Source: Paraspadella gotoi
Taxonomy: Eukaryota; Animalia; Chaetognatha
Direction: 5' to 3'
DNA length: 64,000 nt
Assembly: GCA_051294375.1 (NCBI GenBank)
Contig: CM119268.1
Coordinates: 9,739,296-9,803,295, forward strand
Under the pieces are notes generated by a model, which was given only the letters and a program-made list of their open reading frames with translations, did not search any database and was not told the DNA's origin. Below, one piece after another: positions 1 through 11,629 of this stretch; within the stretch, counting starts at the first letter, position 1, and each line of letters opens with the position of its first letter. A program made the position numbers and the translations under genes.

Positions 1-187
1 AGTTAGCCTTTTGTTGTTTCTTTCTTTCTTTTCTCATCAGCCGTTTGCCTTTTGTTTCGTTGGTCTCAGATCGACGACCTCGCTCTCTAAATCCCCTCTC
101 TCCTTTGCGCGTCCTTGCGTCATCTTTCCTCTGGCCGAACCCAGCAGCTATTCCAACTCCCGACGCTGCTTCGATGCCGTCGTCAGA

Positions 188-3100
188 ATGAGAAACGACC
201 GTAAGGTAAGGTGACGAATAAAATAAACAGTTCCCCTTGTATTTGCTTATCCCAAAATTGACCCTTACCCGCAGGATGCGTCGGGGTCTAACTTGTCCGT
301 CAGCAGCGGCGCCAGCTATTCGAAACCCAACAAAAATGTGACGGCCAAACAGCAAAAAGGCGGGCGAATTTCTAAATAAAGTTTTTGCCGATGATGATAA
401 TAATAATAAATATATTCTTTTTTTTTTTCTTGAAGCAATGGTCGTGGTCAACTCGGAAAAGAATTCTGCTTCCAGCAACTCATCCCCACCGCAGTTAAAA
501 AGTAATTCCCTTTTATCAGATTCATAATCAATCAAATTTCAACATATAATCAATATGCATACGAGGAGATCCACGGGTACCGACCTCAAAAAAAATTGCC
601 ACATCACCCATACGACTTATCCATTGGTCAAGATATAGATTTTATTAGTTAGAAAAGTCCTGAAATTATTTTTTGTGCTCGTCCTATAAAACATATGACG
701 ACATCATCACTTCATATATTACAGTGCAAAAACTTGACATTTTTTTCTGGCGGGAAAGAATCTTGATTTTTAAAGATTGACTTACCCTTTTTAAAAAAAA
801 TTTACTAACTTTCATGCTAAAAACAGGAAGTCCTTGACTTTGTCCGGCTCATAAAAAAGTACAATAGACAAGACCTAATAGTGAGAGTGAAGCTCAAAGC
901 AGAAAACCTGAACCTTAAAGAATTCGAAAATCAGAAAACTTGAAAAAGCGATATGAACTTTGTGTTGTTACAGGGAGCAAACACTTTGATTTTGCAATAG
1001 GATGATGGTACTTAAAAAAGTTTTCATGACTTGTGATTGATTTGCTACGTGAATTAAAATTGTATTTAAATTGGTTACCGAACTATTAAAATTATTTAGA
1101 GGTCGGTACCCGTAATTTTTGCATTTGAAATTATAAAAAAATTATTATTCGATAAATCATGTAATTGATTACCAGAACGCCTATGGCACCGTAATTACCA
1201 CAACCGAAATAAATAAGCTCTCTTGGTCAGGCTACGTATGGAATTGTTTTTTTTTTTTTAGTAATGTGGTCACGATGTTCTCATGTTCAGGCGTCCCGTA
1301 TGCGTCAACTCCTCTCGGCCACGGAAACGGAAATAACAACGGCAACGTCGACGTCACCGCCGGTTCTGCTGCTGCATCAAAATCCTGTTGCTTTTGTTGG
1401 TGCTGCTGTTGTTCATGTTCGTGGTAAGTTGAACAAAACGCCTGACAATATTCGAAAAACATAATGGAACAACCTTTTTTGTTTTGTTTATAGGTTGAAG
1501 TTAAGATCAGGCTCTTTATCACTTAGGTATGTATCAGATGATGTGTGATGAAAGTATAACATGTTCTATTTGTAAGTGTTTGACTTTTAGGTAAGGTTAC
1601 GTTTAGGCATAGTTGTTGATTTGCGTTTTCTCGAAGCTTTCAAACGAGAAATTATAAATGGACATAGATTTTTGGAATGACAAATAATTTTTTTTCTAGA
1701 TATAGATATATTTTTCAAAATATAATTACGGAAAAAAAAGTTTATTTTCAGTTTGAGATAACCTTTTCTTCCCAATTTTTAAATTTAATTTAAAAGAAAA
1801 TATGTTCAAGAAAAGCAATTCGTGTAAAATGGCTTGCAACGTATAAAATAATAGTCATGCGAAAGTATCACCTCTGTAAATGAAAAAAGTGAATTAAAAT
1901 TTTTTTCTTTCTTGTGGATTTTCAGGCCCAATTACAAAAGGTAGGTAATCTATGTAACTTATATAGTTCAATGATTCGCTTTTCTAAATACTATCTTTGT
2001 TTTTACATTACTAAATACAAATCAAGTACAAATTAATTTTAGTTTATACATAGTTTATTTGGTCAAAAACTTTTGGGCAACATCTTAACCCCGCTTTAAG
2101 ATTCGAAAAGGGAATTTCTTTTTTTTCACAATTCTTGACCTTTTTCAAACTAAAAATCTTCTTTAAAAAATTACAAAACTATGCGAAAAACCTCCAAACT
2201 GTCCTGCAATAAAGTTAACTAATAATTTACTAAATGTAATACACCGTAAATGAAAAAAAAACAAGTAAAAAATAAACCTAAGAAAAGTAGCCTTCGATTA
2301 TTAATAATTTAATTTTTTTTAAATAAAATTTATCGGATAAATATTCTCAAAGTGGATTACGTAGAGAATCATCATATTCCTTCATAGACAAAAAAGAAAG
2401 TGTGTTTATTAAATGATATTATGAAGACTAAATAATCACTTGTATCCACAAATTAATAGGAATAAAATCCACTCAAAAGAGATAAAAATTATCAAACTTG
2501 CATGTGTCCCACTCAAGTGTTCGGCAAGCCTGGAATTAGACACAAGTTCGCAAAAAAAAAGGGGGAAAAAAAAAGAAATAAAAATAAAAGCAAAGCGAAA
2601 CAAAATCAAAGTAGTTTATTAACCAATAACCTTCAAATGTTACAATTTAGAAGTAAAAATATACATTGAAATTTGAAAAAACAAAAAACAAAAAACTTAG
2701 AACGGACCCTCTGCGCGAAAAAAATATGTTTCCTCGATTTGAATTCAAAGCACAACTTCATTCATGTCGTCGTCGCAAGTTTATCCGCTATTCTGCCTCC
2801 TTTCGTCCGCATCCAGGCACCTTCTGCGTCTTCATCGTCGTCGTCGTCGTTGTGGTCATAATGAACTTTCGTCCGAGGGGCTTCAGTCACAAAATAAAAA
2901 GATTCGGGAAGGGAGGGAGGTTGATCTTAGAGACGAGGCGTCCCGGTCGTCGACCTTTTCCAACCTTTGCTTCTTCCTTTTGCAATTTCCCCTTCCTTCC
3001 TGTTTACTGTCTAGAGTTGGATACTGCCAAGACTTTATGAGAATACTCTTGGTCGGTCTGTCGGTCAGCTTATAAAAACGCGTTAAACAGCTAATATTTA

Positions 3101-6100
3101 CATAAGAATAATCTTATTCAAGTGACATAAGAAAACAAAATAATAATGACCGTCACAATACGTGCCATATACATTTGTGGATTGTATATCCACCATTAGA
3201 CCTTGCCATATATGAAAAGTTTTGAATCAAAAAACGGTATTGTGTAAAAGGTGCCCATACATCATATGAATTTTTTGAACATTTTTTTTCAAAAAAAAAA
3301 TTTACAGTAAATGCTGCCAACTTTGAAAAAAATGAAAAAAATGGAAAAAATAGACTTTTTGCTAAATATCTTTAAAAGCTTTATTGCTAGAGGGACGAAA
3401 CCCAAACTATCTTGTAGAGTGAAAAAAATTGACTATGTTACATACCTTGCATTATAAATTAAGTTAGTTTTTTTACTAGGAAAATTTTTTTTAAAACCTA
3501 TTGTTTTGGTCAATTTTTGATAAAATTTTTAAAAAATAGAATATTTTTAACAATGTTTCGGAATATTTTGTAAAAAAAATTATGGCGAATTGAATAAAGA
3601 AAATAATTGCCTTTGTTTTGCTGAAAGAATTTTTAAAAAAGGATTATCGGTTAAAGAGTTATAATTTTGTTTAAATTTAAAAAAAAATCACTTTTCTTAA
3701 TAATTATTTTTATTTAATAGTTTGAACGAAGCTAAAGGGAAAAAGGGAATGCACTTTTTCAGAGTAAATAAAACAAATAGTAATTCTATGATTTGACAAT
3801 GGGTAACATTTAATATTTTGTCTCAGCCAGGTCATTAAAGTTTTTTTTAATTTTTTATCATTTTATAATGTAATTATGACTTTAAATAAGGTAGTTTTTT
3901 AAATTTTTTTTTACATAATAAAAAAAAAAGAAAAATTGACAAAAGCAGTTAAATTGATTAAAAATTGATAAAATGAGAACAAAAATAGTAAAATTAATGA
4001 AAGTTAAATAACTGAGAAAAGAGATTGCTTGCTGCTTGCCGGTCGAGAAAAAAAAAGGTTTAGTGCAAAAGGAAGAAAAACTAGTTTATTCATAATTTTT
4101 TTGTTATTCTATTCATATGATATATAGTTCAATAATTAAGTCTATTGTAAATAAGTCATTTAGATTTAAAATATAATTTTAATTCATTTTTTGATTTTAT
4201 TATTCATTTCATATCTTTTATAGTTGATGAATTTATCAACAAGTTCGGAATCTATTTTCCTAAATTTATCAAGCAAGCTTAACTATATTTTTTACACAAG
4301 TCTTTTTATACAACCATTTTGGATTAAGCAACTATATTAACACAAATTAAATTCAACTCAGTTTCTGGAGAAACAAGCTTGACAAAAGTAATTTATGAAA
4401 GAAATAGAATACTAGTTTATTTTTCATTTGGCACTCTAGATGATACTTTTTTTTTCTCGATCGGTAATGAGCAGCAAGCAACTCTTCCTCTCAGTGCGTC
4501 TTTTTTTCTCATTTTTATCAATTTTTAATCATTTAATCGCTTTTGTCAATTTTTCTCTTTTCTTTTATTAGAAAAAAAAAAATTTAAAAACTACCTTATT
4601 TAAAAGTCATAATTTCCGTTATAAAATGATAAAAATTTAAAAAAACTTTAATGACCAGGTGAGACAAAATATTAAAGTTACCCATTGTCAGATCATAATT
4701 TACTATTTTTTTATTTACTCTGAAAAAAGTGAATTCCCTTTTTCCCTTTAGCCTAGTTCAAACCTATTAAATAAAAATAATTATTAAGAAAAGTGATTTT
4801 TTTTAAATTTAAAAAAATTATAACTTTTTTACCGATAATCCTTTTTTAAAAATTCTTTCAGCAAAACAAAGGCAATTATTTCTTTATTCAATTCGCCATA
4901 ATTTTTTTTACAAAATATTTCACGAACATTGTTAAAAATATCATTTTTTAAAAATTTTATCAAAAATTGACCAAAACAATAGGTTTTAAAAAAAATTTTT
5001 CTTAGTAAAAAACTAACTTAATTTATAATATGAGGTATGTAACATAGTCAATTTTTTCCACTCTACAAGATAGTTTGGGTTTCGTCCCTCTAGCAATAAA
5101 GCTTTTAAAGATATTTAGCAAAAAGTCCATTTTTTACCATTTTTTTTCATTTTTTTCAAAGTTGGCAGCATTTACTGTAAATTTTTTTTTGAAAAAAAAT
5201 GTTCAAAAAATTCATATGATGTATGGGCACCTTTTACACAATACTCGTTTTTTGATTTCAAAACTTTTCATATATGGCAAGGTCTAATCCACATTAAATA
5301 ATATTTTGTTTAAAACATAAAACCTCAAGTTTAAAATCTGATTTATTATACTATACTAAATATTAGTTTTTATGTTGCCTCAGGTTCTTGAGCACTGAGC
5401 TTCTTCTTTCCTTCCTCCTTGACTCCTGCTCCTTTCTTTTCTTGTATCTTTTATCAGCGATCTGCCATCAGATTGAATTTATTATTATTCTATTCGTAGT
5501 CGATTAGTTGCAAATGAACTTAAATTATGTTGAATTATCATATTTACGTTCACAACGTAATCAAAAAAAGGTACAAAGTTAATTCCGTAGTTCATGTTTT
5601 ATTCCTAAGCCTTCTCCTATTTCCTACTCCTCGTCCAACCAGTCCTGATTAAACATAACCACCTTGTAAAATATTTCTAAATAACTCCAATTAAAAAATA
5701 CATTGAAAAATAAAAATTTCCTCTCAATCTCATTCGCTGGTTTGCCCTTTCGATTCCCACACCGCAAATCGTACACTCCTTCCTGACTACGCTCGCTCTT
5801 CCCGACCTTTAAAAATATAAAAAACAAAAGCGCAAGCCTTATCGTCCAATCGTCTCGCGGCTTTTCTTCACGCGCCGATAGTCCCCCGCCCCCCTAAAAC
5901 GAGCTACGACGACCAACCGGAAAACGATTTCCCCAGCCTCTCCGCGCAAAACGGAAGCGACGCCCCAGTACCTGCCAATTTTTTTTTTTCCCATTCTGTC
6001 TCCATTCTTGCGGCGGCGTGTCGTAACCCCGCGGGCGTTGTGGCGTCGTTACCCGAAGTGTTGGCCCGCTTGCCCGGGCGTAGGCGAGGCAGGCAGGCGC

Positions 6101-9100
6101 GTCGGAGCAGAGGGAACGGTGCGTTGCGGCGTTGCGTCGCTCTCTCACTCTCTCAATGTTTCGCGTTCCGCCTTTTTTTATTCGTTCCGAATTTTTTTTC
6201 GCGGATGTGAAATATAACGCGAGCATCGATTGCAAGGCGTGAAAAAAAAATTTCTCGATTTATGTTGTGCATCTGAATAAAAAAAAAATTTCGCATTATT
6301 TTTTCGTCGCTTCATTAAGTTTGAAACGGAGAGTAAAACAACATAGCGTAAACGGAATAAGAGAGACTGAGAGAAAGAGAAAAATATTATTAAAATCAGT
6401 TTCTTTACTATTTTACTTTTTGAATCCTTTTCCGGCTTGTAGGTAGATAAGTCATTAAGTGGGCTCTTGAGTCGTTTCCCCGAACCAATGGAAGAAGGAC
6501 GAAAAAAAGTCAAAAGGGTTGAATCGATTGTTTTTTAAGCCGAAATAGATGATCCGTTTTGGCAAAGATAAGCCTTATCGACGGGCTCGTCATAAGTCTT
6601 TTCCGTCACGTAGCAAGGCAGAACCGACGTCATGATCTCGCCTGCCTCATCTGGCGCTCGCGAACGGGGAACTATAAGTAGACCGGAGAAAATGAAAGGC
6701 CATTCTTTGCGTCGCCATTGGAGACGGAATCGATTGATGTCGATAACGAGGTATGACGCCGAAAAACCTGATCTCGAACGAGCAGAGAATTCCATTGCCA
6801 CACTTCGGCGCAATTTTTTAAAAATTTTGCTCGGGAAAGTAAAGCCGTTAAAGGATGAGGTAAGCTACTATCCCTTATAGTAATTGAAGTTAGAAGCGGA
6901 CAGATTCAACCATTTTATTTTCGTTTATTTTGTGGAGGAATTGTATTAAATAAAAGACAAACTGTGTAAAATGAAAAAAATAAATCGACTTATCTTTCAA
7001 GATAGCTCACTGTAAGGTTCAAAAACTGATCCAGTGACAAAACTAAAAGAATAAATATTAAATTCAAAAATATTTAAAACTGAAATTGATAACAAGATTG
7101 CATGAGAACAAAAGCAACCTCAAATGATAGACCAAGAGAGCAAAGTGAAAATATTATATATGTAGGCGTTCGTACTCCTAAAAACAAATAAACACAATAA
7201 ACATGTTTTATAAAAAACCCAAAATTTCCTACACATCACGCCTGAGAGTTTAAACTGATGTTATTATCATCGTCTAGTAATCTCATTTATTCAACTACTT
7301 AAAACTTTAAAATCATTTTCACGTTAAAATTCGAACCCGATAAATCGCATAATCATAATGATAATCAAAGATCAAAAATAATTTTAAAAAAGATATCTAA
7401 TAAAATTACCTAGTATTCGCGCGCAAAAAAAAATGTTGCTTTTTCAGATTATAATGAGTTATAGACGCAAAAGATATGAGACGGCACCGCGGTCCGTCGT
7501 ACATTTCGCGCGAACATTTGACTTTGCCTAGAAAAATCTTTTGTTGTTCCAAATCCAAGCGAAAATCCCCGAAATCGATAACCGTCGAGATTGAAATCGA
7601 GTGAAAATGATCGCGGATTATCTTCTTTCCTGCACCGGACGCAGCCTCACCGTCAAAAACGAGGAGTCCTCGGGGAGACGCGGGGATTCCGACAGCAAAG
7701 GCCAAAGCGATCCTCTCAGCAACATCGAAGTGTAAGCGATTATTAAATTTTAATGCGGGGAGGGGGGAGGGGCGGTGGTTTTTGTGACTCGTGCTGCAAC
7801 AAAGTCAATTGGGTCACTTTACTATTGGTCGACCGCAATAAACCTTAGCTACCAGCGGTTGGTGGTTTGTTAATCCATTAAATTTTGTTTTCCCTGTAGC
7901 TCTAGTGGGTTACATTTTTTAAACGGTTAGCAATTGGGTTAAGGATTATGGGTAGTTAGGGTTAGGAGTGGTAAGGGATTAAGGTTAGGGATTATCATTC
8001 TCCAATTTTTAATCCAGGCCGGTAGCGACGGAGGTGCTGGAGTGGAACGACTCATTTGACAAACTCATGAAAAGTCCATGTAAGTTATGTATAATATCAT
8101 TTTCGATCTAAAAAACTATCGATAATGAAACAAGTAATTTCGCAATTTTCACCCCGGTCGGCGAAAGTAAAATTAACCAACCGAATTTGTCCCATAAACG
8201 TTAGATCATAATTGACATGCACATTGCACACATGCACAGTAGTAAAGTCAGGGGCTATTTATAGAATGATTGGAAAATTTCACATATAAATTTTTTAAAA
8301 GGTTTGTTTGTTTGTTTCGTTCAACGCATCCAGGTGGTCGCGCCATCTTCAGAGAATTTCTAAAGAGCGAGTACAGCGAGGAGAACATGTTGTTCTGGTT
8401 GGCGTGCGAGGATCTGAAAAAAGAGAGCAACCCGGAAACGGTGGAAGAAAAGGCGAGACTTATTTACGAAGATTACATCTCCATCCTGTCACCGAGAGAA
8501 GTAAGATCAATAGGAAATATAATAGAATTTGAAACTATGGCAACGGGGAGACGTGGGATGCCTGGGGTGTGCGGCATCTCCCGAAAGTTGGCTCTCAGGG
8601 CTTTGGACCTGCAGTGACCACACCTTGTCACTGGCGCGTTTATGCCGACAGCATTACATTTTAACCAGCGTGACCGTGAGGGTATTGAACTCGGAACTCA
8701 CGGTTGGTAAACCAAGCTAATGGGACGAGGCAAGTTTCACCAAGCTATACGGGAGGCAAATTTAGGTTTCGACACAAAACTACGCTTTAAAACTTAGTTT
8801 AGATTTTTGTGACTGATATTTACATTTCCCCGTCGGTTATTTTCTTTTTCGTACTCTATTAGTTTCATAGCTCAATTACTATTGCTGTAATTCTGTGTTT
8901 AAATATTGTAATTTAACTAAACCCCATGTATAATGGCATATATATATATTACATATATAATATATATATATCGTTATATGTTCTATGAATTACGACGACA
9001 GAGACAAATCATTTAAATATTGTTCTTAGTTCTTAGTTTTTTGTTTTTGTTTTCCTTCTCTCTTCTCCAGGTCAGTCTAGACTCGAAAGTTCGCGAACTA

Positions 9101-9604
9101 ATCAATCGCAACATGGTGGTGCCAAATACGTCAACCTTCGACGAGGCTCAGCATCAGATCTACACCCTGATGCGGGGAGACTCTTATCCTCGCTTCCTCA
9201 GTTCGCCAGTTTACAAAAAACTCTGCGAGAGCGTTCTTGGTGCGTCGTGTCCCTCGGAAGCGGGCGGCGACGTTTTGGCCACGGAAAACCCATCTTCCGT
9301 TGAGCCGCCGGTCTCAGCGAGCGCCATTTCGTCCGGGGCCGTCGCCGCCTCTACCAAATATCGACCCGAAACACCTCCCGAATCTTCTTCCTGCGGCGGC
9401 GGGAGCAGCAGCGTCGAGGCATCCAAACAGGCGCTTACCCAACGCGGCGATGAAGCATCGGCCTCCCAAAGCGAGCCCGGCAGCCCTCCAGGCAAAAACA
9501 CGATCGTGGTCAAGAGCAAATTCGAGGAGAGTCGGACGGAAGCAACGACGTCGACACCGCCGTCGTCCACGAGCGATAACGTCGGCGGATCGACGAGAAA
9601 ATAA
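188..9604 (+). CDS. Regulator of G-protein signalling, RZ family (RGS17/19/20-like); exons ~188-205, 275-359, 437-501, 1291-1423, 7645-7731, 8018-8079, 8334-8500, 9071-9604
   Basis: Cysteine string KSCCFCWCCCCSCS|CLTVKNEE (1386-1423 spliced to 7645). RGS box [47 protein letters not shown]...EEKARLIYEDYISILSPRE|VSLDSKVRE...QIYTLMRGDSYPRFLSS. Exon phases join in frame. The first three exons are less certain. Confidence 0.93.
573..1113. mobile_element. MITE / non-autonomous DNA transposon in RGS intron
   Basis: Perfect 15-bp terminal inverted repeat acgggtaccgacctc (573) / gaggtcggtacccgt (to 1113) around ~510 bp of AT-rich non-coding DNA. Confidence 0.65.
3197..5286. mobile_element. Foldback / Mutator-like non-autonomous element with ~890-bp inverted arms
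   Basis: Starts tagaccttgccatatatgaaaagtttt and ends aaaacttttcatatatggcaaggtcta. Arms ~3197-4090 and ~4405-5286 are near reverse complements. Flanks atccaccat (3188-3196) and atccacatt (5287-5295) resemble a 9-bp target-site duplication. Confidence 0.9.
5840..6160. promoter_or_regulatory. GC/CpG-rich internal promoter-like island in RGS intron
   Basis: CCAAT (~5846), a GC box (ccccgcccc ~5883) and a CpG-dense block in AT-rich surroundings, upstream of a candidate alternative first exon (6632-6859) ending in gtaagc. Confidence 0.45.
8540..8757 (-). mobile_element. tRNA-derived SINE-like element in RGS intron
   Basis: GC-rich island. The minus strand has A-box-like tagcttggtg, B-box-like gagttcaatacc and a downstream ggtccaaagccctga motif resembling the one at ~35680. 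Confidence 0.5.
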
Positions 9605-11629
9605 GTGTGTCGTCCTCATCCTCCATCACCCCCGAACTGAAAAGGGCAAGAAGAAAAACACACTAAAACGCTTCTCGCTCCCGCCCCCCCCTTCCGGTCT
9701 TTTTCTCTCCTCCCATCTAACCCATGAATACTTTCCTCTTTCTCCATTTTTTATCTAGTCACACCTCATTCATTATCTACATTACTTATGAAGGGTTTTG
9801 ATTTGTAGCTGTTCTCGACGTGAGGGAAAAAAAAACACGTTCAAAACAATATAAATCAATCTGCTTCATTTATTTTTCTTTAAATAAAAAAAAAACCAAA
9901 AATCGCGCAAGATGTGAAAATTATTTTTTTTTTAACTTTAAAGATAAAAATTACCTCTCCGTAAATGTTCGCGCAAATTTGCAAAGCGCATTATAATTGT
10001 CTTTTTATAAATGTTTCATAACCTTAGAGTTTATCTATTGCCTTATGCCTCAGTAAAAACGGCCAGAAATTTTTGCCATTTTTGTCTAGGGAAAATGTCT
10101 GGTCCTCTGGAATATTATAGATCTTTTTGAAGAACTTCCGAAATTAGTTACAAATAATTAAATATTTAAGGAAAAATTTAATAAAATCTTCGGAACGGAG
10201 TTAACAATTTAATTTGAGACTGGGTAGACAAAAGTTTCTGATTGTTTTAAAATTTCAGCTCTAAAAAAATGTTTTTATAGTTAAAAACCTGCATTATGGA
10301 TATCGTACGTTGTCAGATGACCAAATAATTTTGTTTTTAAGCAAAGATATTTATTTGGGTTTGTTTCCCTGTTGAAATAGTGGTTCTATTGACAGTATGT
10401 GTTGTTATTCAAAAAGAATTTTGTTAATTTAAGATTTAATATTCCAACTATCACATTATCGTACCCACTTTTAGGGGAGGTATATTTTTTAAAAAAAATA
10501 TTCTGACGTATTCGATCAACATTTTCCGAGGGTTCTGTAAACAAGTTTCATTATGATCTCAATATTTTAATTTCAATTTATTGACGCAGGCTCTAAAAAT
10601 GTACGAGTCAAGTTTTAAATTCTAAACATGTTCATGTTGGATGATAACTCCGGAATATTTTTGTCTTTGTTTTAGTGTTTTAATAAATCATCTCATAAAA
10701 CAAATTACATTGTTGTATAATTTCCAGTATCCGCTAGATTTTGTCTAATTTTTCAGCCCCACAACTTATCTCATTACACGATTTTCTCAGGTCAACCTTA
10801 CAGTAGTTGACTTTGGATAATAAAGTGATTACTGATTAGTGAGGAGATATGAAAAAAAAAATCATCGACACGATCGACGAGGCAAAAAATATTTATAGTC
10901 AACAACAACAATTGATTAATGAGAATTTTGAGACAAGTGGCAAAGCAGTATCTGTATCCCTATAGGCCGGAAAAAATAAAAACAAAAGAGGAATAAGCCG
11001 GTTAATCCACGGCACTTGGTACATGCAATTCAGATTTAAATTTTTTTCAAGAAATAAAAACAAAACAAAAAAATATTAGGTTACTTATATTATAACACAA
11101 AAACTAGTGACTTTTTTGTTTTTGATTTATCAACATCATTTCCTTCAATGAGAGATTTATTGCAGGTGGCGCCCCATGTGAAGAACGCACCATAAAACGA
11201 CCAGTGCGTGGGTTTTTATCATTAATTTTCTATCAATATGTGAAATTACAAGCGCTAAAAGATTTGAAAAAGAATTATGCTTATTATATAAGTAATTAAA
11301 CGACCTAATAAACAAAAAGCATATATATAAATATAATAATTCAACCAGACGATAAAGTGAAATTTAACAGGAAAAAGAAATAGTAATTCTAGAAAAACCG
11401 GTCCGGCTCGAACAAAATGACAACATCTCAAAGTTCAAGGAGAAGAAAATTGGGTGATAAGCCCGAAACATTTCGCAATCCTCTTAAAAAGGCCTATTTT
11501 TATCTATTTACTTCAGAGTACATCGATCATGCACTATAAAACGGCGAAATCTTAACTCATTTATACTCGACTCGAATTTCTCCAGTTTTATTTATTTTAT
11601 ATACACACACTTATTAATAACGTAATACA

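Noticed and set aside
7935-7995. Interstitial telomere (ttaggg-like)
   Set aside because: Only two exact hexamers in a degenerate G/T tract.
8545-8730. HDV-like ribozyme (ends gctaatgggac like HDV J4/2-P2)
   Set aside because: No matching P2 5' strand or CC-containing L3 in the required order. A minus-strand SINE explains it better.
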